From positions 62,001 through 126,000 of the forward strand of contig JAQGDQ010000184.1 in assembly GCA_030141605.1 (NCBI GenBank): a stretch of DNA of 64,000 nucleotides, written 5' to 3'. Each line of letters begins with the position of its first letter. Position 1 is the stretch's first letter. Under the pieces are notes generated by a model, which searched no databases, had not been told where the DNA came from, and saw only the letters and a program-made list of their open reading frames with translations. This document shows positions 41,501 through 64,000 of this stretch, piece after piece. Source of the stretch: Tubiluchus corallicola. Lineage: Eukaryota; Animalia; Priapulida. The position numbers and the translations under genes are program-made.

Positions 41501-43668
41501 TGTTTAGTGGCTAGGATGACAGTCTGTGTTGTGTGTATCTGTACTTGCAGTTCTAGTATTGGTATGTAGTTTAAGGTAAAAAAAGGTGTGTTGCATGTAC
41601 TAGAGAGCATAACCGTATAATGCTGTTATCAACTCACATATGTCTATTTTGTTAACTTTGTTTAATTGTAGCCTGTTAAAAATACTGTAAAAACTAGATT
41701 TCCTTCTAATCCTTCTAAAGAATTCTGGTGAGCTTCAACGAATGGTTTAGATAGCACCATTTATTGAAGTCCAGTAGAATTCTTAGATGTAATTGTATCT
41801 ACTTTTCACTGTCGGGCGTACATTGTTTTTTGTGCTGTCTGCAAAGATGAAGCAATTTTTGTTTTAATTTTTTTCTGCAAAATCGCTTTTGAATACTTAT
41901 TCGTTTAATGCATTCCATGCAATGTAGGCTACTGATTCATTGTATTGCGTGGTTACCTATGGAATTCTGTCGCTTCATTTTTACAGTGTTATCTTTTTTA
42001 TTGTACACTGTCCGACTGTGATAGGTTTCTCTGATTAAATATCCATCTACTCCAACAATGGAAGAACTGATATTTGAATGTAATTATTTTTATGTGTAGT
42101 GCATGTTTAATTGTTGTCATGATTCTGAAGACAGACTATGGACAGCACACATTGGAATGATTAGATGAATGGTAAACATTTATTAATATTAATGTGCATG
42201 ATGTATTCTGTATGGTGCATTGTTTTTCAACATCAGCGTGTCTCAACTTGGTGAAGCTGTGTAAAGCCATCTAAAGACATGTGTCTTTGATTTGGAAATA
42301 TGTGGAGACATGAAAAAACACTTCATGCCAGTAAATTGTTGTGACACCTGACACCAGTGAAGCGTTATCACCAACTTTGGAAAAATGCCCTTTGTCTTTT
42401 TTGCATTATTTCTGGCACACACTTGATCTGAACAAGAGTTTAAACACTGAAGTTTTTCAATCTTTGGAAGTGTGAAAGGAACCTCAAGAATGTGTTTAAT
42501 TTGAACATGTGCTGCTGCAGCTAGCTTCAATCTGTGCAGTAAACTGACTGTCTTGCCCTCCCAGAAGCTTTATGGGATATTTTTGTCGGAAATGAGCAGT
42601 TAATCCTGTCATCGGCACACTCTGTCGACGGTAAACTTTACTGGACTAGTAATTGAACAAAGATTGCATCAGAGTTGAGTTTGTGTGTTTATTGTGGACT
42701 GGAGTTACTGGATCATTTGGGTGGCACTCTGGAAATTTGTCTCAGCTGAACTAACGTTAAACAGGATGAATGGGATGTTTTTTTAATATAAGCTAGCAGA
42801 TTTTACCTTGAAGGCTTGAAGACATTAACATTTATGTATAACATTAACATGTATCTTAGTCATGTACTGCAAGCTGGTATCTGACACTTAATGTAGTATC
42901 TATATTGATGTTTGTGGTAGGAGCAGAATCTAGCCTATTATCTGAATGAGACACTGACTGTCTTTCAACAGAGAGGCGTCTTTCCTAAATGACAGAAATA
43001 GCAGGAGGCAGATGAAACACATTGCATTAAACAAGCCTAGCCTAGTATAATTTTTATGCTTAGCATATATCGTTTGTGATCACTCATCTTTGTTTCCTCA
43101 GGAAATTATTGGCAGTGATGCATCTTACTTTTCCTATTTGCTTAGTTCGTTTGCTACTTAGTTAATGAGTGGGTATAAAATATTGATTATTATAATAAGA
43201 AAGTAGTGAGAATGACTCTGCTTCTGTATTATGAACTTGCTGACATAACGTAATTTACTATTTTCTAAGGTCTGACAGAAAGAAATTATTGAAAGAAAAG
43301 ATATGCGACTTCTAAATTTTGTAATGAAATCTGATTCTAAGTGTGATAAATGGCTGGAATTTGGCAAGTTTGCTACCTAAACGTTATCGTGTTTTAATTT
43401 ATCTACGACAACATGCAACCAAAACTAATAACCCAATTTGTCAATACTTGCAGTCATATTTTATTGCATTCTGGCATGGCTGGCAAATACAGAAGGTGAA
43501 GCCAGGTTTGGATGGCATAATTATTATATAAATTAAAGCTTTCATTTTTTTATTTTTCTTCTGTTATTTAAATCCAGCTTCAATAGTGAGGAACAACGAC
43601 AAATTTGTATTACGTCTGTTCAGTATTTTATGTGATTGTAGACTTCATTGATGCTGCCCACCTGTAAA

Positions 43669-44037
43669 CAGGGTCAAATTATCCTATCTTCTAGTATAAT
43701 CTACACCTCAAGCTTGGGGCCCTCAAATTTGAGTAATATTGGATAAAAATACGTTTTTTCAGAACCGCTGTGTTGAAATATATGCTAATTTGCTTTGCAG
43801 TAAATAGTAAAATAGCAGTATTTCTTAAAGAATATTTTTATTGATAAACAAAAGATGGCTAGTCTAGTTTATTTACAGAATTCGCAATACATTTACTTCA
43901 AGCTATGTAAATGTCGATAAAATGTATCACGAATAAAAAATATTCAAGACGGGTTCGGGGCGAGTAGGAGAGGCTCCGTCTGGGGGGGGGGGGCATAATT
44001 TCATTAGCCTTGGACCCCAAGTTATAATCCGGCCCTG
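43669..44037. mobile_element. hAT-family MITE
   Basis: Imperfect TIRs CAGGGTCAAATTAT and ATAATCCGGCCCTG. The 8-bp flanks CCTGTAAA and CCTGTAAT match at 7 of 8 positions (TSD). Confidence 0.75.
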
Positions 44038-44137
44038 CCTGTAATTTTTTTCAGTCTTCTCACCTATCCTCTACGCTAATTTGGAGTAGTGGTTTCCTCA
44101 ATTTTTAATTCGTTATACGTAGCTGAAATTACAAGAT

Positions 44138-44235
44138 AGTCTGGTATTAGAAGGATGTGACTGGCACTAACTGTTAAGATAGTGCGAGTCTGGTATTAGA
44201 AGGATGTGACTGGCACTAACTGTTAAGATAGTGCG
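44138..44235. repeat. Perfect 49-bp tandem duplication
   Basis: agtctggtattagaaggatgtgactggcactaactgttaagatagtgcg at 44138-44186 and 44187-44235. Confidence 0.95.
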
Positions 44236-44973
44236 ATTAAATCTCAGAAGTCTGTAATTGTGTTCAGATGGAATCTTCCAAATGCCTTGCTTAATAACTG
44301 CGCCAGGCTACCATGTAGCGAGTGAGTCACGCGTCATTTTGCGGATTCCATGATTCATCAACTCATTCGACTGTTTGCTACCAATGTCTGCAGACCTGCA
44401 AGAGCAAATTTCGATTTTACGAGTCATTAAACGTCCGTGTGTATATTGTTTTGTCAAAAAATAAACACATTCCGCCAAAGAAAGTTTATTTTTCGTCTGA
44501 GGCTATATTTTTTTAAAATGTTTATGAACTGTACGTAATGTTAAACTTAAAAACATTTTTGACCTTAGGCAAAATGTTGGCGATTCAAGAAAGTCAAAAG
44601 ATATTGTTGACTTGTCTTGATTTTTTATTTTTCTTGATCATTATAGTAAACCTAAGTATAGTAGTGGATGTGCTTGTTCTCTGAAAATGGAAAACGTAGT
44701 CATCTCTGTATGAGCCAGAGATACACTGAAAGGTGTACTTTATGTAGTATATTTCCACTAAAATGCTAGGTGGTTTGTTTGGGACAACTAATTGCAGAAA
44801 AGATTTCGTGTTGGTAAATTCCATTGCACTTACCTTCAAATAAATGATTAAGCAGTTTCTTGTAATTAAATTTTATACTAAATTTACAGCTTGCACGCTA
44901 AGCGCTAATTTTTTAACTTCGTTGGTTGGCTGCTACCTAATTACTGTGCTTCTGGTAATTCTGTTTGGAAGGA

Positions 44974-45069
44974 GTTTACAATTCTCCACACAATTTAATT
45001 GCCATAACCCTAATCCTAATTCACTTCACGAACTAATTTCTTGTGTGTGGGGAATTGTAAACTTTAGCC
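44974..45069. mobile_element. Short inverted-repeat element with internal CCCTAA-like tract (copy 2)
   Basis: gtttacaattctccacac...taaccctaatcctaa...gtgtggggaattgtaaactttagcc aligns to the reverse complement of 5235-5352. Confidence 0.7.
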
Positions 45070-46770
45070 CATAGTTTTTTTTTGTTTCACGGAGTAAACT
45101 CCAGACAGACTGGAGGTTTTTGCTTGAATTGATCTAATGTTGTATAAATATTTAACCGCAGTCTTGAGAGCACTGTTGGCTCTTCTTTCACCCGCGTGTA
45201 ATGGAAGCTTGAAAACGTAATCCATAGTATACTACGCGTCTCAAGTCTTATTTATTATCACAAAGGTAACCTTATCATTGATCTGGCAACAGCTGGCTGA
45301 AGGAATGCATTAAAAAGAAAAGAAGCCTATTTTTTACATCGTCTCTTTTTACTTTATTTTTTTTAGCTTATGTCTGGTGGAGTTCTTATTATCAGTCGTG
45401 TTTTACCCCTGTTTTAACAAAATTAACAATTTTCAGCAATAATGTCAACAGTCAGGCTTATTATAAGTTAAGTGGCTTTAATTTTTAAAATTACACACGT
45501 TTTACTGTTAATTTTGTATTCATTGATCACACTCCAATACCGTAATTACTTAGTGTTGTGTAAGGTAGGCCGTGGTTACAATTTTATTGACATTCACCGC
45601 GCTGTTTAATAAATAAACACTTGTATCATGTTTGAAAAGCAACTGTCTACGCGCACAAGTATAATGTTTGAAGGAGAATTGATTGCCCGTTTAAGCATTT
45701 AGGTTAGCCTATCATTGCTCTACAAATCCATTCGAGCAAACTCGAATGTAAACGCTATTTACTAGTATCATTAGAATTGTTGGCATGTATATGGCTCGTT
45801 CCTGCCAGACTGTGTTAAAAACTATATACAGCCAGCGGTCATACCATGACCATTTACTCATGTTGTGATTTTTAGCTTTTTAAGTGAGATTTAATGTGTT
45901 GTTGCTTTAAGTTAAAGTGGCAGGCTGTATTACAATGTAGTCCCATTGAACTTATTCATTACAATGTTGTAAGAAAAGTAGTGCAACTGCACTGATCTTA
46001 TAACGTACTTATTAACTAGGTGCGTTTTTTATTAGCAACAAGGTAAAACTGGTAGTATTGCCAATAAAGCGTAGTTTGAACATTTTAGCTTGTTAATGGT
46101 ATTGTTGCAATTGTCCACCTTGGTAAAAAAGTCTGTATATAATTATTGTCCATACCATAAAAGTTTTCTATATCGCATTTTTAGCACAATATGATATAAA
46201 TTCTTGTCAAAAGAGAAATTTCCAACAGTGGTTTCTCGAAATATTAAATATTTCAATTTTTATTGTATTATATTATATAATATAATTATGATATTGTTAT
46301 ATATTGTTATAATTATATATACTTATTATATTATTAAATATTGTTAATTGTAATAAATCTTGTTGTGATTAACTGCATCTTCATTTTTAACTGTTACTAC
46401 TTTAGGACACTCACTATACTTTTGAAAGAAGTGCATTTGAATATAAATAAGATTAGAATATGTGCACTGGATAATTTTCTGGTGTAACTTCTCACCTAGT
46501 TTCTCAGATAATTGGCGTGCTATTGAATTTTATTGAAAAGAAGTTATTTTCTTGCAAAAATTAATTATTTCATTGTTGAAATTCGGTCAAGAATCTTTTT
46601 TATTGATTGGAATGTCTTTTCAACTGTCTTTCTTATAAATGCTGTGTAATGTTGTCATTTGCGTGGTTTCAGGTCTTGTTAGTGAATAATAGTTTATCTT
46701 TTTTTATCAGTTAACCTACTACCAAACATTTTCTAATTCTGTTTTAAGTTTGATTTTAACTTTTTTCCAG

Positions 46771-56625
<9,855 letters not shown>

Positions 56626-57745
56626 AAAGTTGTTATTTAAGCAACATTCAAGCAGTGTGGACTTTTTCTTAGTTGTATAATATTAAACTGGTTTTTTACT
56701 TAATGTGTTTATTTGAAACTCAATCATGAAATTTTATATCATTGTTTGTATCATAGAAACTACTGTAAACAGATTTGTATACTATTTATTAAATAGCTTT
56801 GTGCAAAAATTGTGTGCAGATTATAAATTTTTTATACGGTCTATAAACTTTTTGTTTTTACATGGTCTTTAGTGCAGTGCACTTAAGATAATATATATGT
56901 ATAAATGATGCGCTTAAGTCTATTGATTCTTGTAATTAATTTTATAAATCCTTGAATGTACTTTAACTACACTCTTTTAGCGTTGTGACCACAATAACCA
57001 CCTGTTGGTACTCAGTCGCTGAGTCCTGTCCTAATAAAAGCGAGAAGCTTTCCAGTTATAGTTTCCCAGATTGTAGACGTAGTTCATGTGTACTTAGTTA
57101 TAATGGGAAAAATTTGTAAATCACTTATGCAGAACATAAAATTGATGTAGAATAGTATTGATAAGTGGTTTTTTTTTAAAAACTGTAAATTATGCTTTTT
57201 ATTTAAACATCAACATTATAAAAATACAATCTTGCTTAACACACGCATGCACAAACTAAGTTTTAAAAGCGGATAAGAAAATAAAGCAAACTGAAAAAAT
57301 ATTAGTCACAGCAATACAAGTGAATGAGACGTAAATGAGAATTATAAATTAAAATAGACAAAGTAAACTGTACTTAGCACAAAATATATTCTAGCAAAAT
57401 CAGTGGTGAAGAAATTATTGAGTAATGAGCAATAACTGATTATTGATTTGTATCTATTGAGATGTTTTTCGGAAAATCTTTAAATCATCAACCAAAGCCT
57501 GTATATGGCAGGGAAACAAATTTGTTCGTGAGTAACGGGCCTCACATGCAATTTTCACAAAAAGTAAAATTCGAATTTTACAAACAGAAAGTCTTGCGAA
57601 GCGCACTAGCTTCAACCCACAACGTCAATATAATGTGCATTGTTTTATCTTTAGAGTAGCAAAACAAATCTTTCCTAGTGTCTACATATAGATATAATAT
57701 TTACAGTCATTTTTACAATGCAAAGTAATGATGTTTCTGCACCCC

Positions 57746-60700
57746 TCAGGGGCTAAAATACTCTGGAGATGATTCATCCGGAGAAAAGGCACCACTTTCA
57801 TCAGAGATCTGAAACGGAAATCCACCATCAGCCAAATCTCCTAAGCTAAAAGAGTCATTTTCATTTCCCGATTTCACAGGAGTGCAGTCCACTAAAACAA
57901 GGAATGAATCTGTAGCAATGACTAATTTTAAACTTCTGTGTAATAACTGATTACAGGTTCAAGCTGATTACAAACCGCACCATAAGTTAAGTTTAAATAT
58001 ATACTGTAGTAGGTACATGTAGCTAAATGAAAACTTAATTCTACATTATGCTTTCACTGCACTTGGGTCATCCTTATTTGTTTACTTTGTTGTTGCCACT
58101 TGTTCAGCATTATCTTTAGGCCCATGTTACACAGCTGTACATAATCTATAAGGCGTTAGCAGTGAGGAGAAAAAGTCGCCTCATGAAAAATAAATGTATG
58201 CTAACCAATGGTTCCTGCCACAAAGCTAATCCATTTGCCATCTTCCGTTTACCGTAAGCAGTCAGCCATAATCCGCTGTAGGCTCCTCACAAGCTGTTTT
58301 GAGTGGTTCATAAGGCACCTTATGCGAAATGAATTTGGCTATAAATTTCATTTGCTGCAAGGCATTTTGGGTCATCACTAACACCGTAACTAGAATGTTT
58401 TGTGGTTTTTGCGGTGCACAATTCACTTAAGTTATATCATGAGAATTCATAACAGAATGGTCTTCATAACAATTTTTAAGCACGACGTTTCACTAATACT
58501 GTAATGAGATACGTGCACTGCTGAAGCTGATTGCGGCAAAATGCCTTACTATTTGCACAAAGTGTATAGCATACAGGGAATTATGATATAAACCTTTCTC
58601 TGTGTGACACAGGCTTGTTAACACTTATTCAAATGATGGGCAATCGAGTTTTTGCAGTTTGGTATATCTCAGCAGGCCTTTTCTTTGAGAGCACACAAAC
58701 TGATAAATGAAACTGAAAACCCTACTAACATCTAAGTACTCATCAAAACCATGATTCCATAAAATCCTGATCAACAAATTCTGCAGAGGAGTATCTCACA
58801 GTTACTTCAAAGTTATGCTGCAATGTTTTTGGCAGTGACAATGCTGACAAATGTTAAACTATTTCCTAGTTATTTTTTCTACACAGAAAATAAAATGTTT
58901 TTCAGCGGCGTCTCATGTATGGGCACAGTGGAACTGCAGCACCCCCTATTTTTACTCAGTATTATCGATAATATTCAATATAACGAGTCTTTTTTCTTTA
59001 ATTCTTTCTTTATACTTGTACAGAACCAGAGCACGTTACGGAACAGTGCACTTCACAGGTGCAGCACCGTGCTTTCACAACTCTAATAATGTGGTGTTTG
59101 TGCGCATGCAGCCATGTGCACATGTCTGAGATAAGATGCTGCACTCTAGGGAGAAAGAGAGCACTGTCACTCATGCAGTTTGTGTTGTCAGTTGTCACGT
59201 GCTTAAAAACCGTCAATGGCATATTCTTGAATGTGATAAAGTTTAGAACTAAATTTAGGCTATTAGAATTAGAATTAAAACTGCGACAATTTAGGCTACG
59301 GATGAGCAAAAAATATATTTTTATTTAGGAATTTGTCAAGTTAATGTATAGGTTTTCGTATGTTAGTTTGTCTAAAAATACAATTACAAATTACAGCATT
59401 AAAATTTCATATGTTTGTTTCGTTTCACGCAGTACTAAAACATTGGCTAAAAATTTTCTGGAGCAGCACCCTCACTAATTTTAGCTACGAGCTGTCACTG
59501 ATGTTTTTATTAACTTACCTCCACAGGCATTACCACCTGATGCAAAAAATTGCATGCTACAGTGTTTTAATTTAAATGATCCACAGAGTGGCTGGTTTCA
59601 GTATAAAAGATAATTTTGAATGTAATTATAATTCTGGTTGTAGTCTGTTTTGTAATACCAGCAAGTAGTTGTTGAAAAATTAACTGAACCAAAACCCAAA
59701 ACAAAAACCATTTCTAACAGAGTATAAAAATAGAGGGGGGACAGCCCTTGACTGGCAATTGATGTTCTCGTATTAATTGATAGCTGAAGGTAACATGCTA
59801 AGGTGTTTATGGAAGACATCTTAATGCAAAGCGTCGTTGATGTTATTTGAAAGTACATTTACGTAACAAAATGATGTCACCTGGTGGATCAGTTGGCGAA
59901 TACGGTTTCATCATTGCGTCAGATCCAGTTGAATTGAAAGGAGAGTTTTCATCACTTTCGCTCTCCTCTGATGCATCTTCATCATCTTCGATGTCGTCTT
60001 CTTCAGCTGCCTCTAAACTGATATCAGACATATCTGCAAATGTCTTTCTTGTTACATTAAGTGCTTTATGACAGTCAGGTAATACACACATCTCGGTTTG
60101 CATGACAAAAGCAAGGAGACTTCGGTCCGAATTTGCCGACTGTCCATATTTACCGATACTAAGCTAATACAGAAGGTGCCATGTATTAGACTAATAGTAA
60201 TGTAGAATCAATTGCAAATTAGCTCAAAAACGTCTAGTACAGGCCCATCCTATGCAAAAGTATATAAAAACTGTCGGCAATTGACTGAAATAATTTCGTC
60301 ATAATTAACTCTATATTTTTTCTGCACATGCTTAAATAAGGTACTTTTGTGTGACCAATGAGCTTTTACTATTTTTATGTAGTCTTACTTCACTTCTGTG
60401 CACTATAATATACGTAAGCAAGGTATGACGTAGACAAGAGACGGCCCGCCAACTAGCAGTCAGCTCGCGAAACAATCTACTGAGTGCTTAGTATGCGGGA
60501 CTTTTTAAGAGTCCAGATTTCGTCTGATTCTTCCGATATCTATAAAACTGAGGTCCGGCAAACCGAGATGAGTGTATTTTCATGCAAACTCTATATAATA
60601 AGCTGATAAAAGATTTCTTTTATCAGCTGGAATCAGTACAAATATTGATGTTACAAAAATTAGTAAGAAGGCTTCATTGAATAGCGACATGTAAACTTTT

Positions 60701-63700
60701 TCGCAGAGCGTGTGCCTCCAGAAAACCAGAATACTATCACACCCTACACATAATACCCTTTCTAATGACATAAATCTGTTCCTCTTGGATGTCCCAAATC
60801 GAAATATAAACCGATGATAGGACATCGAGATGGTTCGTTTGACGTGCCATTTGTCGCAAACGATTCAACATTTGCCAAGAACACTGCATCTTATATAAAT
60901 CCGTTCACAAATAAATAAATATGAATTGTATATAGCTACCATCATCAATTTGGTAACTCATGCAGGGCACTGGTTCAAACTCTAGCAGCTTCTGTTCCTC
61001 GTTATCCTCATCTTCGTCGTCTTCAGCATGGCCACAAAAGTTGGGATAAGACGGTCTCCAAGAGCACAATGCATTAAGATAGCTGCTCAATCTTGAAGTC
61101 TTGGGAAAAATGTCTTCGTAATCATCTGAAAAAATTGACACAACTGAATTAAACTAGAAAAGTGTCAATCATGTCACAGTGATGACTTGAAACAAACATA
61201 TGACTATTATATGACTAATGCCTGAAAGTGCACATTGTGGTACAAATTATTCGAATACATAAAAGTCAAAAACCGAACACTATTTCTTCCATAACTGCAG
61301 ATTTTCTAAAAAGTTAAATCTTTTAACTACTAAGCAACTGTCAACATCACGGTGAATTCATTTAAGACAGGTAATAATGAGGCTTCTGACATGTGATAAG
61401 TGACGGTGACATCTCAGTTTTCTTGAAACTTCCCGAAGCTGTGACACGATGATGACGTATTTCAGAGGAAAAAGCTTGTAGAGAATCCATTTTGCATAAA
61501 AGAGGTAAAAACTAACGACCTCGCTAAGGCGGCATGTGGCAACCCACATTAGCTGCAATATGGCAGCACAACCTTCACAGAGTCAAGTACCAATTCAGTG
61601 ACACCTGAATTACAGACTTTTCTTACAATTACAGTGTTAAATAATTCTATAGTGTATCAGATGTAAAGTAACAAATGTGAAGCAGGTTATGTGGATTCTT
61701 GCACTCCAAAGAATTTACGTATTTACCTGGTTCTTCTTGTGTCACAACCATCTTTTCTATTTCGGGAAGGTCATCCACAGTTGCTGTAGCATTCGAAGTT
61801 ACTTCAACTGAAGGCTGCTCCATTTCCGAGAGTTTTACTTGCTAAGAAAACGGAAAAAAGCTAAGCACTCATTTCTGTAAAAATTGGTTTGTAAGGCAAT
61901 AGTAATCACAATTAATTTCTACCCATTTTCTCACCTATCTAGTAAAATATTCTAGTGAATAAAATAAATAAAAATAAGTTACAGTGATTCAAAAACTATT
62001 CATTTGACAGAGAACAGTGTGTTGAAATTCAAAATGTTTGTTCTGAGCCTATGAAAATTACTTGTGGTGTACCGCAAGGGTCAATTTTGGGGCCCTTGCT
62101 TTTTTTGGTCTACACCAATGATCTGCCTAACATATCCAAACTACTCAGTTTTAGATTATTTGCAGACGATACGAAAATAGTTTTTTCGAATACCTCTTTA
62201 AATGAAATTCAAAATGTCATAAATGCAGAGCTACCTACGTTAAGTATGTGGTTTTACACCAATAAATTATTGTTAAACCTAAAAAAACTAGCTATGTTAT
62301 TTTCAGAGGTAGATCAAATATAAATACTGAAAATTTTAAAGTTTGTCTTAATGGATGTAATGTAGAAGAAAAGGAGTATGATAAATACTTAGGTGTAATT
62401 TTAGACAACAAAATGACTTGAAAACATCATATAAATTATATAAAGTTAAAACTTGCTCAGTCTTCTGGTGTATTATATAAATTAGGCTTGTATACTCATG
62501 TAGAAACTCTTGCAAAAGTTTACTTTGCTATTGTTTACCCTTATCTTTGCTAAGGATAATTAAGTTATGGATCTGCTTTAGATACGAATCTCAAACCTCT
62601 GCAAACTTTACAAAACAAATGTATTAGAACCATTTATAAACTTCCTCAATTAACAATTGTGATCACATGTATTATAGCCATAGATATCTTAGAATTAATG
62701 AATTGCATCATCGCGAATGTCTATTGTTTCTGTACAAGTATTATAATGGCTCCTTCCTCCTGCATTTGTCAATTATTTAACACCTGTTCAACAAATCCAT
62801 AACTATTTTACTCCTAGAGCTGTTGATAACTTCTATCCTCCTTCCATCCACACTAGTTACGGTTATTGAAATCCTTTATATACTGCTATCCAACAATGGG
62901 CTCAAATTCCTCCTTGGGCAAAAGAACTTCAATTACAACGTTTTAAAAAGCATATATTTGATTTGTTACTAACACGTTATTTAACCTACTAACTGGCGTT
63001 TTTAAATACCTCTAATCTCACTTGTCTGTATTATTATCATTAATTGTTTTTATAGCTGTATATTGCTTTAACTTTAAGCTATTTTGTATGTACTACACAT
63101 GTTTGCGCAGTCTCGGGGTGAGTCTCGAAAGCTCTCGCTCCTACTCTCCTAGAGGCTGATTTGTACAATTTCCAAACCGTTTATGTTTTTATTATTGCAT
63201 TCTTATTTTCATTATGTAAATAGTTTAATGTTTTGTGTTCAAATCAGCCAAATAAAAAATTATTGGATTGAATTGAATTGAAAGTTTCTTGAACTTAATG
63301 TCGAACTTACATGAAATGAGCACACATTCTCAGTACATAGTTAAAAAAGTACATACAAATGCCAACCATGTATATACCTACTTGAAACTGTGCACTAGTG
63401 CCAGTGTGCAAATTACAGAAGCGAATTTCTCGTCATAGTTTTTCTATTGAACACCTATTTAAATTTACTGCATTTTTTTAAATTATGAAAGCGAACAAAT
63501 CTAATGTTTACGAAAATCAAGTTAGGACTGAGAATGATCTTGGTCTGAGCCACTTTTGCGATAGTGTGGAAAACTAGTGCAAGCCATTCTTGAATAATGG
63601 CCCTGGCCAGGATTAGATTTGCTGAGTCTTGAAATCTACAATTTTTTACATTTATAGTCAAAATTGCCAATTTAAGGTGGAATCTAGAGATTTCAAACTA

Positions 63701-64000
63701 AGATGAGGATTAATCAAACCCAAATTTAGATCAATATAACAATCACTTTCTTGTAAACAGTACACATCTATTAAAGTGTGACAGTACAAATTTTTGCAGG
63801 CAAAGAAAGGAGTTTATCCAGGCTGTAGGTTAATTAAATTGCAAATTTCTGAATATTACTGTATCTTACCACTTTTTTCGCTTCTTCATGTTCAAACTTG
63901 TGCACAGTTTTTTTGCCAGGCAGCTGGGAAGCAGTTCCAATAGTAACATTGCTGACATCACCTAAGACTCGACGAGGAGTGTCTTGCAATAATTTTTTTC
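57746..64000 (-). CDS. Securin-like (PTTG/Cut2/Pds1-type) separase inhibitor, 5' end outside the window
   Basis: Minus-strand exons (>64000)-63870, 61841-61727, 61125-60940, 60033-59863 (or to 59881), 59536-59519 and 57891-57746, all phase-compatible. D-box RRVLGDVSN (63948-63974), then DDLPEIEKM (PEIEKM at 61749-61766), then an acidic tail. Confidence 0.72.
58118..58616. mobile_element. Possible PIF/Harbinger-like MITE in a securin-like intron
   Basis: Imperfect terminal inverted match ggcccatgttacacag versus ctgtgtgacacaggc. The TSD is not clean. Confidence 0.3.
61990..63283 (+). mobile_element. 5'-truncated L2/Crack-type LINE, antisense in a securin-like intron
   Basis: RT motifs GVPQGSILGPLLFLVYTNDL, FADDT, KYLGVILDNKMT* and LQNKCIR, with stops and frameshifts. 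A 3' UTR with AATAAA and a (ttgaa)n tail at about 63267-63282. Confidence 0.92.

Noticed and set aside
39000-43600. Possible decayed transposase or gene in a long unexplained stretch
   Set aside because: Only faint fragments near 42100-42750 with stops in all frames. Nothing can be named without a translated search.
60390-61606. Extra minus-strand exons within the securin-like gene (60390-60890 and 61320-61606)
   Set aside because: They have splice-like sites but in-frame stops or incompatible phases. The gene joins cleanly without them.

Overview
The window has two parts from different kingdoms. Positions 1 to about 2856 are intact, intron-less bacterial DNA with a Bacteroidetes-like promoter motif. 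They carry the C-terminus of a KdsC-family HAD phosphatase, a low-specificity L-threonine aldolase (ltaE) and an ABC-2-type permease-like membrane protein. From about 2857 the sequence switches abruptly, at the 3' end of a decayed LINE, to AT-rich, intron-rich animal (invertebrate-like) DNA. Reading GT-AG exons by hand gives five spliced genes that the ORF track mostly misses: CCDC112 (5' end unresolved); a 971-aa basic, low-complexity orphan ending in a CaaX box (CVIL); an SLC22 organic-cation-transporter-like gene; an R3HCC1/R3HCC1L-family gene with an R3H domain; and a minus-strand securin-like gene (D-box RRVLGDVSN, motif PEIEKM) running off the right edge. Introns and spacers hold CR1/L2 LINE relics, hAT- and pogo-type MITEs, a small element carrying telomere-like repeats, Helitron-like units and satellites. 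The bacterial/animal junction is more likely a contig join or chimera than real horizontal transfer, but only reads can settle this. I saw no CRISPR array, rRNA or tRNA gene. All assignments come from motif recognition by eye; no searches were run.
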